Positions 11,601 to 24,012 of a stretch of 64,000 nt of DNA are shown here, piece by piece. Every line of letters begins with the position of its first letter. Positions within the stretch are counted from its first letter, which is position 1. Made by a program: the position numbers and the translations under genes. The DNA comes from Scenedesmus sp. PABB004 (taxonomy: Eukaryota): positions 62,001 through 126,000 of the forward strand of contig JABVCE010000014.1 of assembly GCA_014905635.1 (NCBI GenBank), in the 5' to 3' direction. The notes under the pieces were generated by a model. It saw nothing but the letters and a program-made list of their open reading frames with translations, searched no databases and was not told the origin of the DNA.

Positions 11601-13258
11601 CGCGGCGGCGGCCGCCGCCGGCAGCGGCGCGGGCGACGCCCGGCGGCTGCCCGGCGTGCCCGCCGCGAGCAGGCCCAGCGCCGCCGGCTCGCTGACGCCG
11701 GCGAGCGCGCCGCTCGAGCCGCCGCCGTCGAGGCTGCCCGCCCAGCTGCCGCCGAAGAGCGCGGCCGCGCCGGCGCCGCCGCCCGGGGCCGGCATCGGGC
11801 TGAAGCTGCCCGACGCCGACGCGGCGTCCAGCACGTAGTCGGCGTCGGGATCGAGGCTCCAGCTCAGCTCCTTGGTGATGCGCGTGGGCGGGGTGATGTC
11901 GACCACCAGCTCGCCCGAGCCGAGCTGCTCGATGCCGAGCGGCGTCGAGCCGCTGCCGCTCGGGATGGGGCTGCCGCTGTGGGGCCGCAGGATGCGGTGC
12001 CCCAGGCCCGACGCGGGGCGCAGGCCCGCGAGCGCGCGCGCGCTGCCCTCGCGCGGCAGGCCGACCGCCGCCGCCGCGGCCGCCACGGCCGGGTCGGACG
12101 CGCGGCGCCCCGCCCAGGCCTGCTGTTGCTGCAGCTGCCAGCTGGGGCTGAACGGCAGCGCGCCGCCGGGCTCGCCCCACTCGGGCACCGCGAGCGGCGG
12201 CGGCGGCAGCGCGCGGCCGGCCGGCGCGCTCGCCGCCGGCTGCACGCCCGGCGCGCCGCCGGGGTCCATCGCCGACAGCAGGCCGATCGTCGCGTGGCTG
12301 CCGCTCGTCGGCCCGCCCGCGCCGAGCATGTCCGGGAACGCCATCAGCAGCTCCTGCATCGTGCGCGTGCCGTCCGACGCGCGCGGCTCGCGCGCGTCGG
12401 GCGGCGGCGCTGGCTGCTGGCCCTCGGCGGCGCCCGGCGGCGGCGGCGCGCCGCCGCCGGCCTGCAGCAGCTGCGCGCGCGCGTTCCACTTGGCCACGCG
12501 CTGCTGCAGCGCTGCCCACATCGGGCCGTCGTCTCGCTGGGCCCCGCCGGGCGGCGCGGCGCCGACGTCGTCGGCCGGCCCCGCGCCGGCGCGGCCGGCC
12601 GCCTGCAGCTGCAGCGCGTAGTTTTGCAGCGCCATCAGCGCGCGCCGCTGGATGGGCGGCGGCGCGCCGTTGCCGTTGCCGCCGCCGCCGCCCGCGGGGG
12701 CCTGCCCGAGGCCCACGCCCTGCTGCAGCGCCGCTACGGCGGCCTGCAGCGTGCCGGGGTCCAGCAGCTGCGCGACGGCCGGGTCGGCCGCTGCCGCGGC
12801 CGAGAGCACCGGGTCGCCCGCCAGCAGCGCGGTCAGGCGCTCCGGCTGCTCCGCCAGCGCCTTGAACCCCGGGTGCGCCGTCAGCTGCGCCTGCAGCTGC
12901 GCCAGGTCGGGCATCTGCGCGGCGCGGCGGGGCGCGGCGCGAGCAGCAGCGGCGGGTTGGCCGGCGGCGGTGCCGCGCGGCTGCGTGCGGCGCCGCCCCT
13001 CCCCACAAGCTGCGGCGCGGCGGCGCAGGCCAGCCGGCCCGCCGGCTACATGCGGCGGCGGCGGCGGTGGCGGCGGCGCGGCTGCAGCGGAGCGCGCTGC
13101 CGCGGCGACCGGCGGCGCTGCGCCTGCGCGCCGCCGCGCCGCCGCCGCGGCCACGCCGAGCCTCCCACCACGGCCCGCACCTGATCTGGGCCGCCCGCGC
13201 CCTCCCTGCGGCGCCGGGAGCGCCGTGCCGGCAGGCGCGGCAGCGCGCCGTGCTCCAT
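8699..13258 (-). CDS. DHHC-type protein S-acyltransferase with a long N-terminal region; 5' exon structure uncertain
   Basis: [50 protein letters not shown] helices, [10 protein letters not shown] (TTxE-like) and NRFDRG; stop at 8699-8701; candidate ATG at 13258 or 12914. Confidence 0.85.
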
Positions 13259-13843
13259 CGCGGCTCGCTGTCAGTCCTCGTCTCGCCCCGGATCGCGCAT
13301 GGCGAGCGGAACACTGGCCGGGGGAGGCGCGACGCCGTCGCTGGGCGTGGGCGCAGGCTGGACCGGACTGGCTGCGCTCTCTGCACCGTCTGCGCTGCCC
13401 GCGGGCCACCGCGTTGTGCGCTGTGCGGTGTGCACGAGCCCGGCGGCCACGCGGAACGGGGTGGCGCGCGGGAAGCGCTGCTGGCGAACCCGCCTCGCGG
13501 TATTTCTTAGCGCTCGGCCGTCAGTACTGCGTCGCGCGCGGGCTGGGAGTGTCTGCAGGCTTCACCGACGCGCTGGGCGCGCGGCTGGCTTGACCGGCGC
13601 TGCCGCCGCCGCCGCCGCTGGGCACCCGCGGTCCCGCCCCCGCGCCGCACGCACGCGCCGCCGCCTGCGCCCGCCGTGGCGGCTGCTGGTGGCGGCAGTT
13701 TCCAGCCGCGCGCCGCGGCGGCAACGCCAACGCGCCGCGGCCTGCCGCTGCGCCGCCGCCGGCGCGCCCGCGCCGCGCCGCGCCCGCCCGCCGCCTCCCG
13801 AGCCTGGTGGGACCCGCGCGCGCTGAGCTGAGCGAGCGGGCGC

Positions 13844-16800
13844 TCAGTCCCAGTACTTGATGAGGCCGTCCCAGCCGCACGTGGCGACCTTGCTGCTCTC
13901 CATCGGGTGCCACGCCACGCCGATCGCGACGCCGTCGTGGGCCTTGATGGTGCGCACGACGCGGTACGGCTGCGCCCACTCCCAGAAGAACACGCGGCCC
14001 TCGCTGTCGCCTGCGCGCGTGTGAGCGCGTGTGAGCGCGCGTGTGAGCGCGCGTGTGTGCGTGTGTGTGTGTGTGGGGGGGGGGGGGGTCGGGCGGGCGC
14101 CGCGGGCCCGCGCGGCGGGCGCCCGCGCCGCGGGTGGCCGCGCGCGGCGCGCGGCGCGCACCCGACATGACGTATTTGCTGTCGGGGCTGAAGTTGACCT
14201 GGCACGCGTAGCCCGCGGTGTTGTGGCCCTTGAACGTCTTCTTGCGGTTCTGCTTGAACCGCCCGTCCTTGGTCGAGTAGGTCACGATCTGCGCGCCGCG
14301 GCGGGGCGGGGCGGGGCGGCGCGGGGCAAGGTGAGGCGGTCAGGTCCGTGGCCGCCCCACCGCCGCCATGTCCGCGAGCCGGGCGGGCGGGCTGGGGCGC
14401 GCGCGCCGGGCTCTCTCTCTCTCCCTCGTGCGCGCGCGCGCGGGCGCACCTGGTTGTCGAGCGACTGGCAGATGATGGCCGTGCCGGCGGGGTTGGGCGT
14501 GATGGCCGGCATGCTGTGCATGCTGGGGTCGGCGATGTACTTGATCTGCACACGCGGGCGGCCCGGGCAGCGGCGCGGGCAGCGGCGGCGGCGGCGGCGG
14601 CGGCGGGTGAGCCCGCGCCCCGCAGTGCGGCGCGCGCGGCGGGCCGGCGGCGCGCGCGCGCCTGCACGGGGATGCCAAACTCCCACACGCGCAGCGTCTT
14701 GTCGTCGCTGCTCGACACAAAGCGCCGGCCGTCGTCGATGAAGGTCACGGTGTTGACCGCGCCCAGGTGGTAGTTGTACTCCTGCGACGACGGGGCGAAC
14801 ACACGCACACACGCACACAGAGCAGGCGCGCGCGTCAGCGGCGGCGCACGCCGCGCCCGCGCGGCACGCGGCGCGTCTGATCGCGCGCGCCGCGCCGCGC
14901 CGCGTGCCCTGCGCCCTTCGCGCGTGCCGCGCCGCGCCGCGCGTCGGCGGCGCGCCTGCTCTGCGTCGCCTGTGTTGAGGTCAAACTGGTAGATCTTCTT
15001 GTCCCCGCACCCCGCCATGAGCGTGTTCTGGTGCGCCGGGTCGGGGTGGAACACGCCGCAGTAGTACAGCTTGCCCGTGTTGAGCGTGGTGATGACCTGC
15101 GGGGACGCGCGTGCGCGTGTGCGCGCGTGTTTGCATGTGTGTGTGTTTGCATGTGTGCTGGGCGCAGGCGGCGGGCGCCAGCGCCGCGCCCGCGCCGCCC
15201 GAGCCCCCGCCGCGTCGCCGGGCGCCGCCGCGCCTGGCCGGTCTCTGTGTCCCAGAGGCGGATGTTCTTGTCGTAGCCCACGCTCACAAACTTGGAGCCG
15301 TCGGCCGTGAAGTTGATGTCCTTCACGCCCTTGGAGTGGCCCATGTAGGTGCGCATGCACTTGTAGCTCCCCAGCGCGTCCCAGATCTTGACCTTGCCGT
15401 CCAGGCCTGGGCGCGCGCGTGGACGCGCGGGCGGCCCGTGAGCGGCGGCGGCGGCCCGCCGCGCCGCGCCGCGCCGCGCCGCGCCGCGCCGCGCCGCGCC
15501 GCGCCGCGCCGCGCCGCGCCGCGCGGCGCCGCGGCGCGCACCCGCGCTGAGCATGAGCTGGCCGGCGCCGGGGAAGAAGCGGATGGCGTTGACGCCCTTG
15601 GTGTGCCCCGCCCAGGTGTGGATCCAGCGCTTGGGCAGGTAGCACACGTCGCTCTCCCTCTTCTTGTCCCGCGGCGCCGCCAGCCACGACCGCCCCTGCC
15701 GACCGTGCGGAGCGGCGCGGCGGCGGCGCCACGTGAGGCCGCCGTTGCCGCCGCAGCACGCGCCCGCGTGCGCATTCGCGGGGCGGCCCCGCCGGCCGCG
15801 CCCCGCGCCGAGCAGCACAGCGCAGCGCGTCGCGGCGCGCGCGCCTGGTAGTCCTTGGCCGCCTTGCCGTGGAAGTGGGACTTGGGCGCGAGCGCGTCGG
15901 CGGCCTCGCCCTCGGCGCCGTCGGCGCCCTCGCCCGCGCGCCGCGCCTCGCGCGCCGCCTTGGCCTCGGCCAGCTCCGCCGCGTACACGCGCTGCTCCTC
16001 CGTCATCTCAGGCATCTGTGTGCGTGTGCGCGTGGGTTTGTGTGTGTTGGGGGGCGCGCGTGGGCGTGGGCGCGCGCGCGCGGGCGCGGCAGCAGGATGG
16101 GCTGCCAAGGCTGACGGCCCCGTCGCTGCTGTCGGCTGCCACCGCCGCCGTCGGCCCCGCCGCCGCTGTCGGCCCCTCCGCCGGCGCCGCTGCGGGGCGC
16201 GCACCTCGACCTGCTTCTCCGCCCACGGCAGCCGCGCGGTCAGCGTGAACGGCTGCCCCGCCGCGACCTGCGCCTGCGCCTCCTCCTGCAGCTGCCGCTT
16301 GCGCTCCGCCGCCGCCGCCTTCTCCTCCGCGGTCTTGCGCCGCTTCGCGGCCTGCCCGTACACCTGCGCGCGGCCGGCGGCGCCGCGTCGCCGCGTGTCG
16401 GCCGCGCCTCGCCGCGTCGCTGCGGCCCCGCGCCGCGACCCGCGCCGTGGCCCGCGCCGCGCCGCACCGAGCCGTCGCCCGCCGCCGCGGTCGCGCCGAC
16501 GAGGCCCTGCCCGCCCGGCGCGGCGGCAAAGCCGCGCGCTTGGTAGGTGTTGTACTGCTCGTCAAACGCAAAGCTCGGCAGGTGGTGGTCCTCCACGTGC
16601 CCCGCGCGGTGGTTCTTCAGCCCCGCCGCCACCCCGTCCTTCTGGTACGGGTGCGCGGGGCCTGGTGCGCGTGGGCGCGCGGCGCGGGCGGGCGGGCGCG
16701 CGGGCGGGCAGACCGTCGGCGGGCGGGCGCCGCCGCCGCTGCTGCCGCCGCCGGCGCCGCTGCTGCGGCCGCAAGCCCCCGCTGGGCGCCCCGGGCCCCC

Positions 16801-17387
16801 CGTCGCCGCGCACCCGCGAGCGGCGCAGACATGTCCCGGAACGGCAGGTTGTAGGCGATGGTGCGCGCCTTGGGGTCTGCGGCGGCGGCGCGGGTGGGGG
16901 GTCGGCCGCTGCAGCTGCACGCGGGCCGCCGGCGCTGCTGGCGGGGCGCCGCTCGCGGCGCCTGCGGCGCGCGCGCACCTAGGAAGTGCCGCGTCTCCGC
17001 CGCGTTCACCGCGCGGTTGTCCAGCAGCGCCAGGCCCGTGGTGTCGACCTGCACGTGCAGGGAGGGGGTGATCGCCGGCCGTCCGCGCGCTGCGCGGCGC
17101 CGCGCCCGCGCCCGCGCACCTGCGGCGCCGCGTTCACCGCCGACAGCACCACGCCGGCGGCCCCCGACGGGCTCGCGCCGCCCATGTCGGCGTCGTCATC
17201 GCTGCCCCTGCGCGGGTCGGGCCGGCCGGCGGTGGGCGGCGCGGCGCGGCGCGGAGGCGGCCCCTGGCGGCCGGCGGCAGCAGCGGCGGCGCTGCCGCCC
17301 GCTGCCGCGCGGCCGGGACGGCCCCGCGCTACAACGCGTGCGTTGCCAGGGATGCCGTGCGCACCCGTAGGAGGCGAGCAGGTCCAT
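13844..17387 (-). CDS. PRP17: Pre-mRNA-processing factor 17 (PRP17/CDC40), WD40; multi-exon
   Basis: MDLLASY start; [95 protein letters not shown] and [22 protein letters not shown]. Confidence 0.97.
15460..15530. repeat. (CGCGC)n pentanucleotide microsatellite, intronic; same motif on the other strand at ~23260-23315
   Basis: Direct reading of repeated GCCGC/CGCGC units. Confidence 0.85.
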
Positions 17388-17864
17388 GGCGCCCCCTGCT
17401 GTCGCGGGGGGCCCGCGCTGCTGATTCGCCGCTGCTGCCGCCGCGCGTGGCTAGCACCGCGCCGCGCCGCGACTGCAGGGCATGGGCTGTCGCGCGTGCG
17501 TCACGCACAGCCCGCTTGCGGGGCGTGTGGGGCCCTGGCTGCGCAGCAGAGGCGGGGCGAGCAGTCGCGTCGCGTGCAGGGACGGCAGCGAGCTGGCACG
17601 GGTGCGGCGGGGTGGCGCTGAGAACGGCTGTGGCGACGTCGCGCGCTGGCCGCGCCGCCCGGGCGCCGCCGCCGTCGCCGCGCTGCACCGCGGCCGCCCG
17701 CCTCCCCGCGCGCCTGGGCCGCCCCCGCGCCCCCGCCGCCCGCCCCCACTCGCCGCCCGCCCGGCCGGAACGATCCGGCGGCTCCGCCAGGCGCACGGCG
17801 CTGACCGGCGCAGGCGCGCTCAAACGCCGGCCGCCAGCTGCTCGCGGCGCGGCGCTGCGCCGCC

Positions 17865-20800
17865 ATGGCCGCCCCGGAGGCCGACCCGGCGGCCAAGTAC
17901 GAGGTGCGCCACCAGATCGGCAAGGGTTCCTTCGGCCAGGCCTTTGTGGTGACGAGCAAGGCGGACAGGCGCGAGTACGTGCTCAAGCGCGTGCGGCTCG
18001 CCAAGCAGACGGCGTGGCAGCGCGGCGCGACGCTGCAGGAGCGCGACCTGGTGCGCCACGGCGCCGCTCTCTGCGGCCGCGGCCGCCGCACGCGCGCGCG
18101 CCGCACAGCGGCGCCCGGCGCCGAGCGCGCCCAACCACGCGCGCGGACCCCGTGCGCGGCCGCGCAGGTCACGGTGCTGCGGCACCCGTTCATCGTGCCC
18201 TGCGTGGAGAGCTGGGTGGCGGCGGGGCACACGGTGAACATGATCTACGCCTTCGCCGAGCGCGGCGACCTCGCCTCCTACCTCGCGCGCGCGCAGCGCA
18301 CGGTGCGCGTCGCGGCGCGGCGCGGCAGCCGGCGTGCGCGGCGCCGCAGGGCGAGAGCGCGGGGCGGGAGCGCGGCGCGAGAGCGCGGGCGTGAGCGCGG
18401 TGCAAGAGCGGGGGCCGGCGCCGCCCACGCGCGCCGCGGCGCCGCCGCCGCGGGAGCAGCGCGCGCAGGTGGACGAGGCGCTGCTCGCGCGCTGGCTGTG
18501 CCAGCTGCTGCTTGCGCTGGACTACCTGCAGGCGGCGCGCGTGCTGCACCGCGACATCAAGACTAGCAACCTGCTGCTCACCGCGGAGCTGGACGTGCAG
18601 CTCGGCGACTTTGGGCTTGCCACAAAGATGCAGGACGCGGGTGCGCGCCGCGCCGCGCTTGCGCTGCCCCGCGCCGCGCGGCCCCCCGCGCGCGCCGCCG
18701 CGGCGCGGAGGAGGGACGACGCCGCGCCGCGCGCCCGCGCAGGCGCCGGCAGCTGCACGCAGCCGGAGGACAGCAACCTCGTCGGGTGCGGCGCGCGCGC
18801 TGCGCGGCCGCCGCCGCCGCCGCCGCCGCCGGCAGCGAGGCAGCGAGGCGCATCGCGCCGCGCCGCAGGACGCCGCACTTCATGTCGCCCGAGCTGCTGT
18901 CCTGCAAGAGCTACGGCTTCAAGACCGACGTGTGGTGAGGCGCCGCGGCCCGGGCCGCACCCGCGGCGGCCGCGGCGGCCGGTCGCCGGCGCCCGCCAAC
19001 CGCCGCGCCGCCGCCAGGTCGCTGGGGTGCGCCTTTTACGAGCTCACCGCGCAGCGCCCCGCGTTCAACGCGTTCAACATCCACGGCCTGGTCAGCAAGA
19101 TCAAGCGCAACAAGCTGCCGCCGCTGCCGGACACGTACAGCCCCGAGTGGCGCCGCGTCGTCGGCCTGTGCGCGCAGCGCCGCGCCGCGCCGCGCCGCGC
19201 CGCGCGGGGGCGCCCCCGCGAGCGGGGGCGGCGGCGGGCGCCAGGTGACCACCGCCCGGCGGCCCCCGCTCCCGCTCCCCGCTGGCCGCCGCTTGCAGGA
19301 TGCTCTGCAAGAATCCGGACAGGCGGCCCTCGGTGCAGGAGCTGTGAGCGCGCGCGGCCCGCGCGCGTGGGGCCCTCTGTGCAGCTCAGCGCAGCGCAGC
19401 GCGGGCGCCCCGCCGCCGCCCGCCGACGCGGCGCGCCGCCGCCCGCCGCCCGCAGGATGGCGCTGCCCGAGCTGCGCGCGGGCGTGCTGGCGGCGCGGGC
19501 GCGCGCGGAGCAGCTCATGCCGGGCGTGGCGCTGCCACCGCTGCTGGAGCCCACGCCGTTTGAGCTGCCGTCGCGCCGCGCCACCAGCACTGAGGGCGGC
19601 GACGGGCGCAGCTCAGACGCGGACGGCGACGCCGCGCAGGGCAGCGACGGCGGCGCGCGGCGGCTGGGCAGCGGCGGCGGCGGGCGCGAGGCGCTGGACG
19701 CGCTGCCCGGCCGCAGGGAGGGGGCCGGCGCCTGGCGCAGCGCCGGGGCAGACGCGCCTGCGCAGGAGGTGCTGGAGACCGAGCTGGAGGCGCTCTGGCG
19801 CGCCGCGGACGCGCAGCAGCAGCAGGCGCGCGCGCAGCCGGCGGCGCCGCTGGCGCCGCCGGACAAGCAGCAGGCGCCGCCGGACGGCGGCGACTCGGAC
19901 GGCGACCGCCTGGCCGACACCACGAGCAGCCGCGGCAGCGGGCACGCCGGCGCGCTGCGCCCAGCCACGCCGTCGGGGCGGGCAGGGGCGGAGGCCGCCG
20001 GCAAGCGGCGCGGGGACCAGCCGGCCGCCAAGCAGCAGCACAAGTCGTCTGCGGAGCGCGTGGCCGCCGCCATCGCAGCGGCACGCGGGGCGCGGCCCGA
20101 CCAGCGCAGCGACCAGGCCGCGGCCGACGGGGGCGAGCCGCGCGGCGGCGAGGCGTGCCGCGGCGCAGCGCCCGCGCCGGCGGCCCGGCGCGCGGCCGCT
20201 GCCACGGCGGCGCCGGACGCGGCAGCAGCGCCGCGCGTGCCGCCGCTGGGCCTCAGCGCCATCAGCAGCCGGAGCGCCAGCAGCACCAACAGCAGCGCCA
20301 GCAGGCCGCTGTCGGCGCGGGGCGCCCGGACCGCGCTGGCCGGCCCCAGCCCTCGGGCGAGCCCGCGGCCGGCCTGGAACGCCGGCAGCCGGCCGCACGC
20401 GGCGGGCAGCCCCGCCGCCGCCGCCGCCGCCGCCGGCGGCGGCGGCGCGCTCGCGCAGCAGCGCCCCGGCAGCAGCGGCGGCGGCCGCGCCGCCGACAGC
20501 GTCGTCAGGGCGGCGGCGGCCGCGCTCACCGGGGGCGCGGCCGCGGGCGGCGCGAGGCCCGCGGCGGCGGCGCGGCCGCCCGCGCCCGGCGGCGTGCGGC
20601 CGGGCGGGCACTACCTTGCGTACCTGGAGGAGCAGCGCCAGCAGCGCAACGCGGCGGCGGCCGCGCAGGGCAAGCGGCAGGCGGGCCAGCAGGCCGAGAC
20701 GGCGCAGCAGCCGGGCGGCGCGGCGTCGCCGGAGCTGGGCGCGTCGCCCGAGCTGGGCGCGCCCGGCGCCGACGTGCAGCGGCTGCTGCGCCAGTCGCAG

Positions 20801-21732
20801 GAGCTCAGCCGGCGCGCGGTCACGCTGCAGCAGGGCCTGGCGCCGGCCGCGGCGCAGGCGCAGGCACCGCGCCCTGCGCCGGTGGGCAGCCCCTTTTACG
20901 CGGCGGGCAGCGAGAGCGACGACGATGAGGACGACGGCAGCGGGGGCGTCGAGTCCGCCGTGAAGCAGCTGCGCTTCGACAGCTCCTCGCCTGCGGGCAG
21001 CCTCGCGGGCCGGCCGTCGGACGGCGCCGCAGGGGCGGCCAGCCCGGCGGCGGCGGGCGAGGCCGCCGTGCCCGACATGTTTGCCGCCGCGTCGCGGCAG
21101 GGCCCCGCAGGCAGCCCCGTGCTGTGGGGCAGGCCGGCCGGCGCCGGCGCGGCCGAGCCGGGCGGAGTCGCGGCACCGGCGCCAGCGGCGGGCGCTGCGG
21201 GCGCAGCGTCCGCGGAGCCGGAGCAGCAGCGGACGCGCCTGGAGGTGCTCGAGAGCGCCGTGCGCGTCCTCGGTGGCCTCTACGCGCGCGGGTGGGCGGC
21301 CTCCCACGCCGCAGCGCGCCGCGCCTGCCGCGGCGCCGCGCGGCTCACACGCCCCCGCCGCCGCCCCCTCGCTCCCCCCTCAGGCGGTGGCAGGAGATGG
21401 GCAGCGTGCTGGGCGGCCTGCTGCCGGAGCAGCTCGCGCCGTCGCTGGCCGCGGCCGCAGCGCGCGGCCCAGACGGCGGCGGTGAGCCGGGCGTGGGCGC
21501 GCGTCTGCGCCTGGGCGACGTCGTCGTGCTGGGGCGCAGCGGGCGGGTGCGGGGGCGAATTCGCTACCTTGGGCCAGTCGCTTGGGACGGCGGGGGTGAG
21601 GACTGGGCCGGCCTGGAGCTCGACGCGCCCGCCGGGTCGTCGAGCGCCGTCGACGGCGTCACCTACTTTGCCGCGGCACCCGGCTGCGCCGCCTTCTACC
21701 GCGCAGCGCAGCTGACCTCGGCGGCGCCATGA
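17865..21732 (+). CDS. NIMA-related (NEK) Ser/Thr kinase with a plant-NEK-like C-terminal helix and a CAP-Gly domain
   Basis: IGKGSFG, YVLKRVRLAKQT, HPFIV, LCQLLLALDYL, LHRDIKTSNLLL, LGDFGLA, GTPHFMSPE and YGFKTDVWSLGC; C-terminal LRLGDVVVL..GRIRYLGPV..DWAGLELDAPAG...VDGVTYF; TGA 21730-21732. Confidence 0.93.
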
Positions 21733-21841
21733 GCGGTCGCAGCCGCGGCCCGGGCGGCCGCGTTTCAGTTGACCGTGGCCGCGCCGCGGGCGGCCGTAGC
21801 AGCGGGCCGCGCTGGCGGCGGCGCGCCGCGTGCCCGGAGGG

Positions 21842-21846
21842 TGTAA
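21842..21846 (+). terminator. TGTAA polyadenylation signal (green-algal type) for the NEK gene
   Basis: TGTAA 110 nt after the stop. Similar signals at 32906-32910 (+), 48429-48433 (+), 35210-35214 (-, BUB3) and 26536-26540 (-). Confidence 0.65.
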
Positions 21847-21956
21847 CGTGGGCGTGTACACCTGTCGGGCGGCTCGCGAGTCCCGCAAACGCAGCAGCTG
21901 GGCGGAAGGAAGCGAGCGCAGCTGTCCCGCGTCGCCCGGCCCCGCCGCGCAGCCCC

Positions 21957-23520
21957 ATGGTTGCCGCAGCGGTGCTTGACGAGCTCGTGGCGACCCTTTC
22001 AACCGACCGCGGGAGCCGCTGGATGGGGGAGCAGCTAGCGGAGCAGCAGCGGCGCGCGCTGGCGAGCGCGGGTGGCGGCGGGGCCCCCGGCTTCGCTGCC
22101 GCCACTGCCGTGCTGCCACGCGGGCCACTGGAAGGTGCGCAGGGGCGCAGGGGGTGCAGCGCGCGCGCGGCCAGCGCAGCGACCGCGGCGCTGCGCGCAG
22201 CGGCGGCCAGCGCGCGCCGCGCCTGCGCCCGTGCCCCTTCGCAGAGTGCCCGCACGCTGACGTGGAAGGCATCCTGAGCGCCTTCTCCCCCAGCGTGGGC
22301 CAGGGCATCCGCTCGCTCCCCAACGCGCTGGCGCCGGACTACCGGGCCAGCTTGCTCGCGGAGCGGCAGCGCGCAGTGGCGGCGCTGGCTGCGCAGCGGC
22401 AGCATAGCCACGCGACGGCGTCCTGCTCGGGGCGGGGCCCAGCGCCGCGGGCGCGGGGCGGCTCGCCGGCCGCCATCCGAGCACCGCACCGCAGCAGCCC
22501 TCAGGCGGGGCTCTTCTCGACCTTTGATCACGCCGCCAGCGAGTTTGAGCGCGCGGAGCTGCTGGCCCGATTTGCGCGGCTCGGCGCCAAGCTGGCGGAG
22601 CAGGCGGTCAGCGCGGAGAGCTTCGCCGTGCGCGGCGTGCCGCTGCCGCACGCGCACGCGCCCGCGTTTGGCGCCTTCCTGCCGCTGGCCGCGGAGGGCC
22701 CCTATCAGGTGCGGCGGCCGGCGCCGAGCGCACCCGGCCGCCCCGCAGCGCGCCCGCAGCAGCGCCTGCGCTGCTGGGGCCGGGCGTGTGTGCACGCGCG
22801 ATGCAGCTGACCCGACCGCCGCCGCGGCCGCAGGAGACTGACCACCTGGGCCGCCCGCCAGAGAGCCAGCAGGCGGCGCGGCGCACGCTCGCGCACGGCG
22901 TGTTCCTGCCGACGGGGCGCGCGCGCAGCCCCAAGCTCGCGCTGCGCGGCGCCGCGGGCGAGCTGCTGGCGCTGCTGGAGCGGCAGCTGGGCCACGACTG
23001 GCCGCGCAGCTTCCTCAAGGTGACCTGAGCTCTGATGCGGGGCTAGCTGAGCTGAGCGCTGAGCTGAGCTGAGCTGAGCTGAGGTGGACTGAGCTGCCCT
23101 GCCGCGCCACGCGTCAGGCCTTCCTGGACGCCGGGGGCTGCGTCGTCGCGAGCTTTGACGGCGCAGCAGCGGCGCGCGAGGGCGACGTGGTCCGGTACAT
23201 GACGCAGCTGGCCAAGGCCGGCCCGCTGGCAGCAGAGTACAGGTGTGCGCGGCGCGGCGGCACGGCGCGGCGCGGCGCGGCGCGGCGCGGCGCGGCGCGG
23301 CGCGGCGCGGCGCGCGGGCCGGTGCGTGGCGGCCGCCCCCTGACGCCCCCGTCACACGCGCGCGCCGCGCCGCCTGCCGCTGCTCCCCAGGCTGGCCAGA
23401 GACCCCGCCCGCTGGGGCGTGGCAGAAGGCGGCGGGCCGGCGCTGTTTTTCGTGCTGCTGCCGCCCTGGGCGGCGGCGCCGAGGGGCGCGCCGGACGCGC
23501 TGGCCGGCGACCGAGGCTGA
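21957..23520 (+). CDS. Hypothetical protein, multi-exon
   Basis: ATG 21957. Coding-like exons with canonical junctions (GILSAFSPSVGQGIRSLP, GLFSTFDHAASEFERAE, LGHDWPRSFLK, AFLDAGGCVVASFD, YRLARDPARWG) end at TGA 23518-23520. Confidence 0.7.
23045..23096. repeat. (AGCTG)n pentamer repeat, intronic; reverse-complement copy (CTCAG)n at ~2893-2930
   Basis: Direct reading. Confidence 0.8.
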
Positions 23521-23551
23521 GGCGCCGCCGGGGGCGCCGCTGGCCGAGTGC

Positions 23552-23956
23552 ATGGCCTACAAGGCGACGCGGCTGTCCGAGGTCGTCACGCGGCGCACGG
23601 TGCGGCTCTACAGCGACCGCCTGGTTACAGTACGCACAGATGGCAGCAGCGAGCGCGCCTGGGCGCTCTCCAGCCAGTGCCGCCTGGAGCCCGAGTACGC
23701 GCAGGAGATCGCGGGCGCCGAGCTGCACCGCGTGCGGCCGCCGGGGACCTGGAGCATCACCGCCAAGCTCACGGGCAGCGGGGCAGAGGCCATCGGCCTG
23801 GTGAGCCCCGGGCGCCCGCGGCCCAGTGTCACTGTCGCCGCGCGTCGCCGCGCGCCGGCCGCCGCGGGCCGCGGACGCCGCCGGCCGGCGTCACCAGCGC
23901 CCGATGGTGCCTGCAGCGCGCGCCGGCAGCCTGCGCGCGCCGGACCGATTGACTGA
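23552..23956 (+). CDS. Short ORF or orphan exon, PH-domain-like; possible gene fragment or second cistron
   Basis: MAYKATRLSEVVTRRTVRLYSDRLVTVRTDGSSERAWALSSQCRLEP in typical coding codon usage; GTGAG donor at 23801; 3' end uncertain. Confidence 0.45.
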   Translation: MAYKATRLSEVVTRRTVRLYSDRLVTVRTDGSSERAWALSSQCRLEPEYAQEIAGAELHRVRPPGTWSITAKLTGSGAEAIGLVSPGRPRPSVTVAARRRAPAAAGRGRRRPASPAPDGACSARRQPARAGPID

Positions 23957-24012
23957 CTCAGCAGCCCGGGCGACGGGCCGGGGGTGTTGCCGACCAGAAC
24001 AACTCGCCGGCG

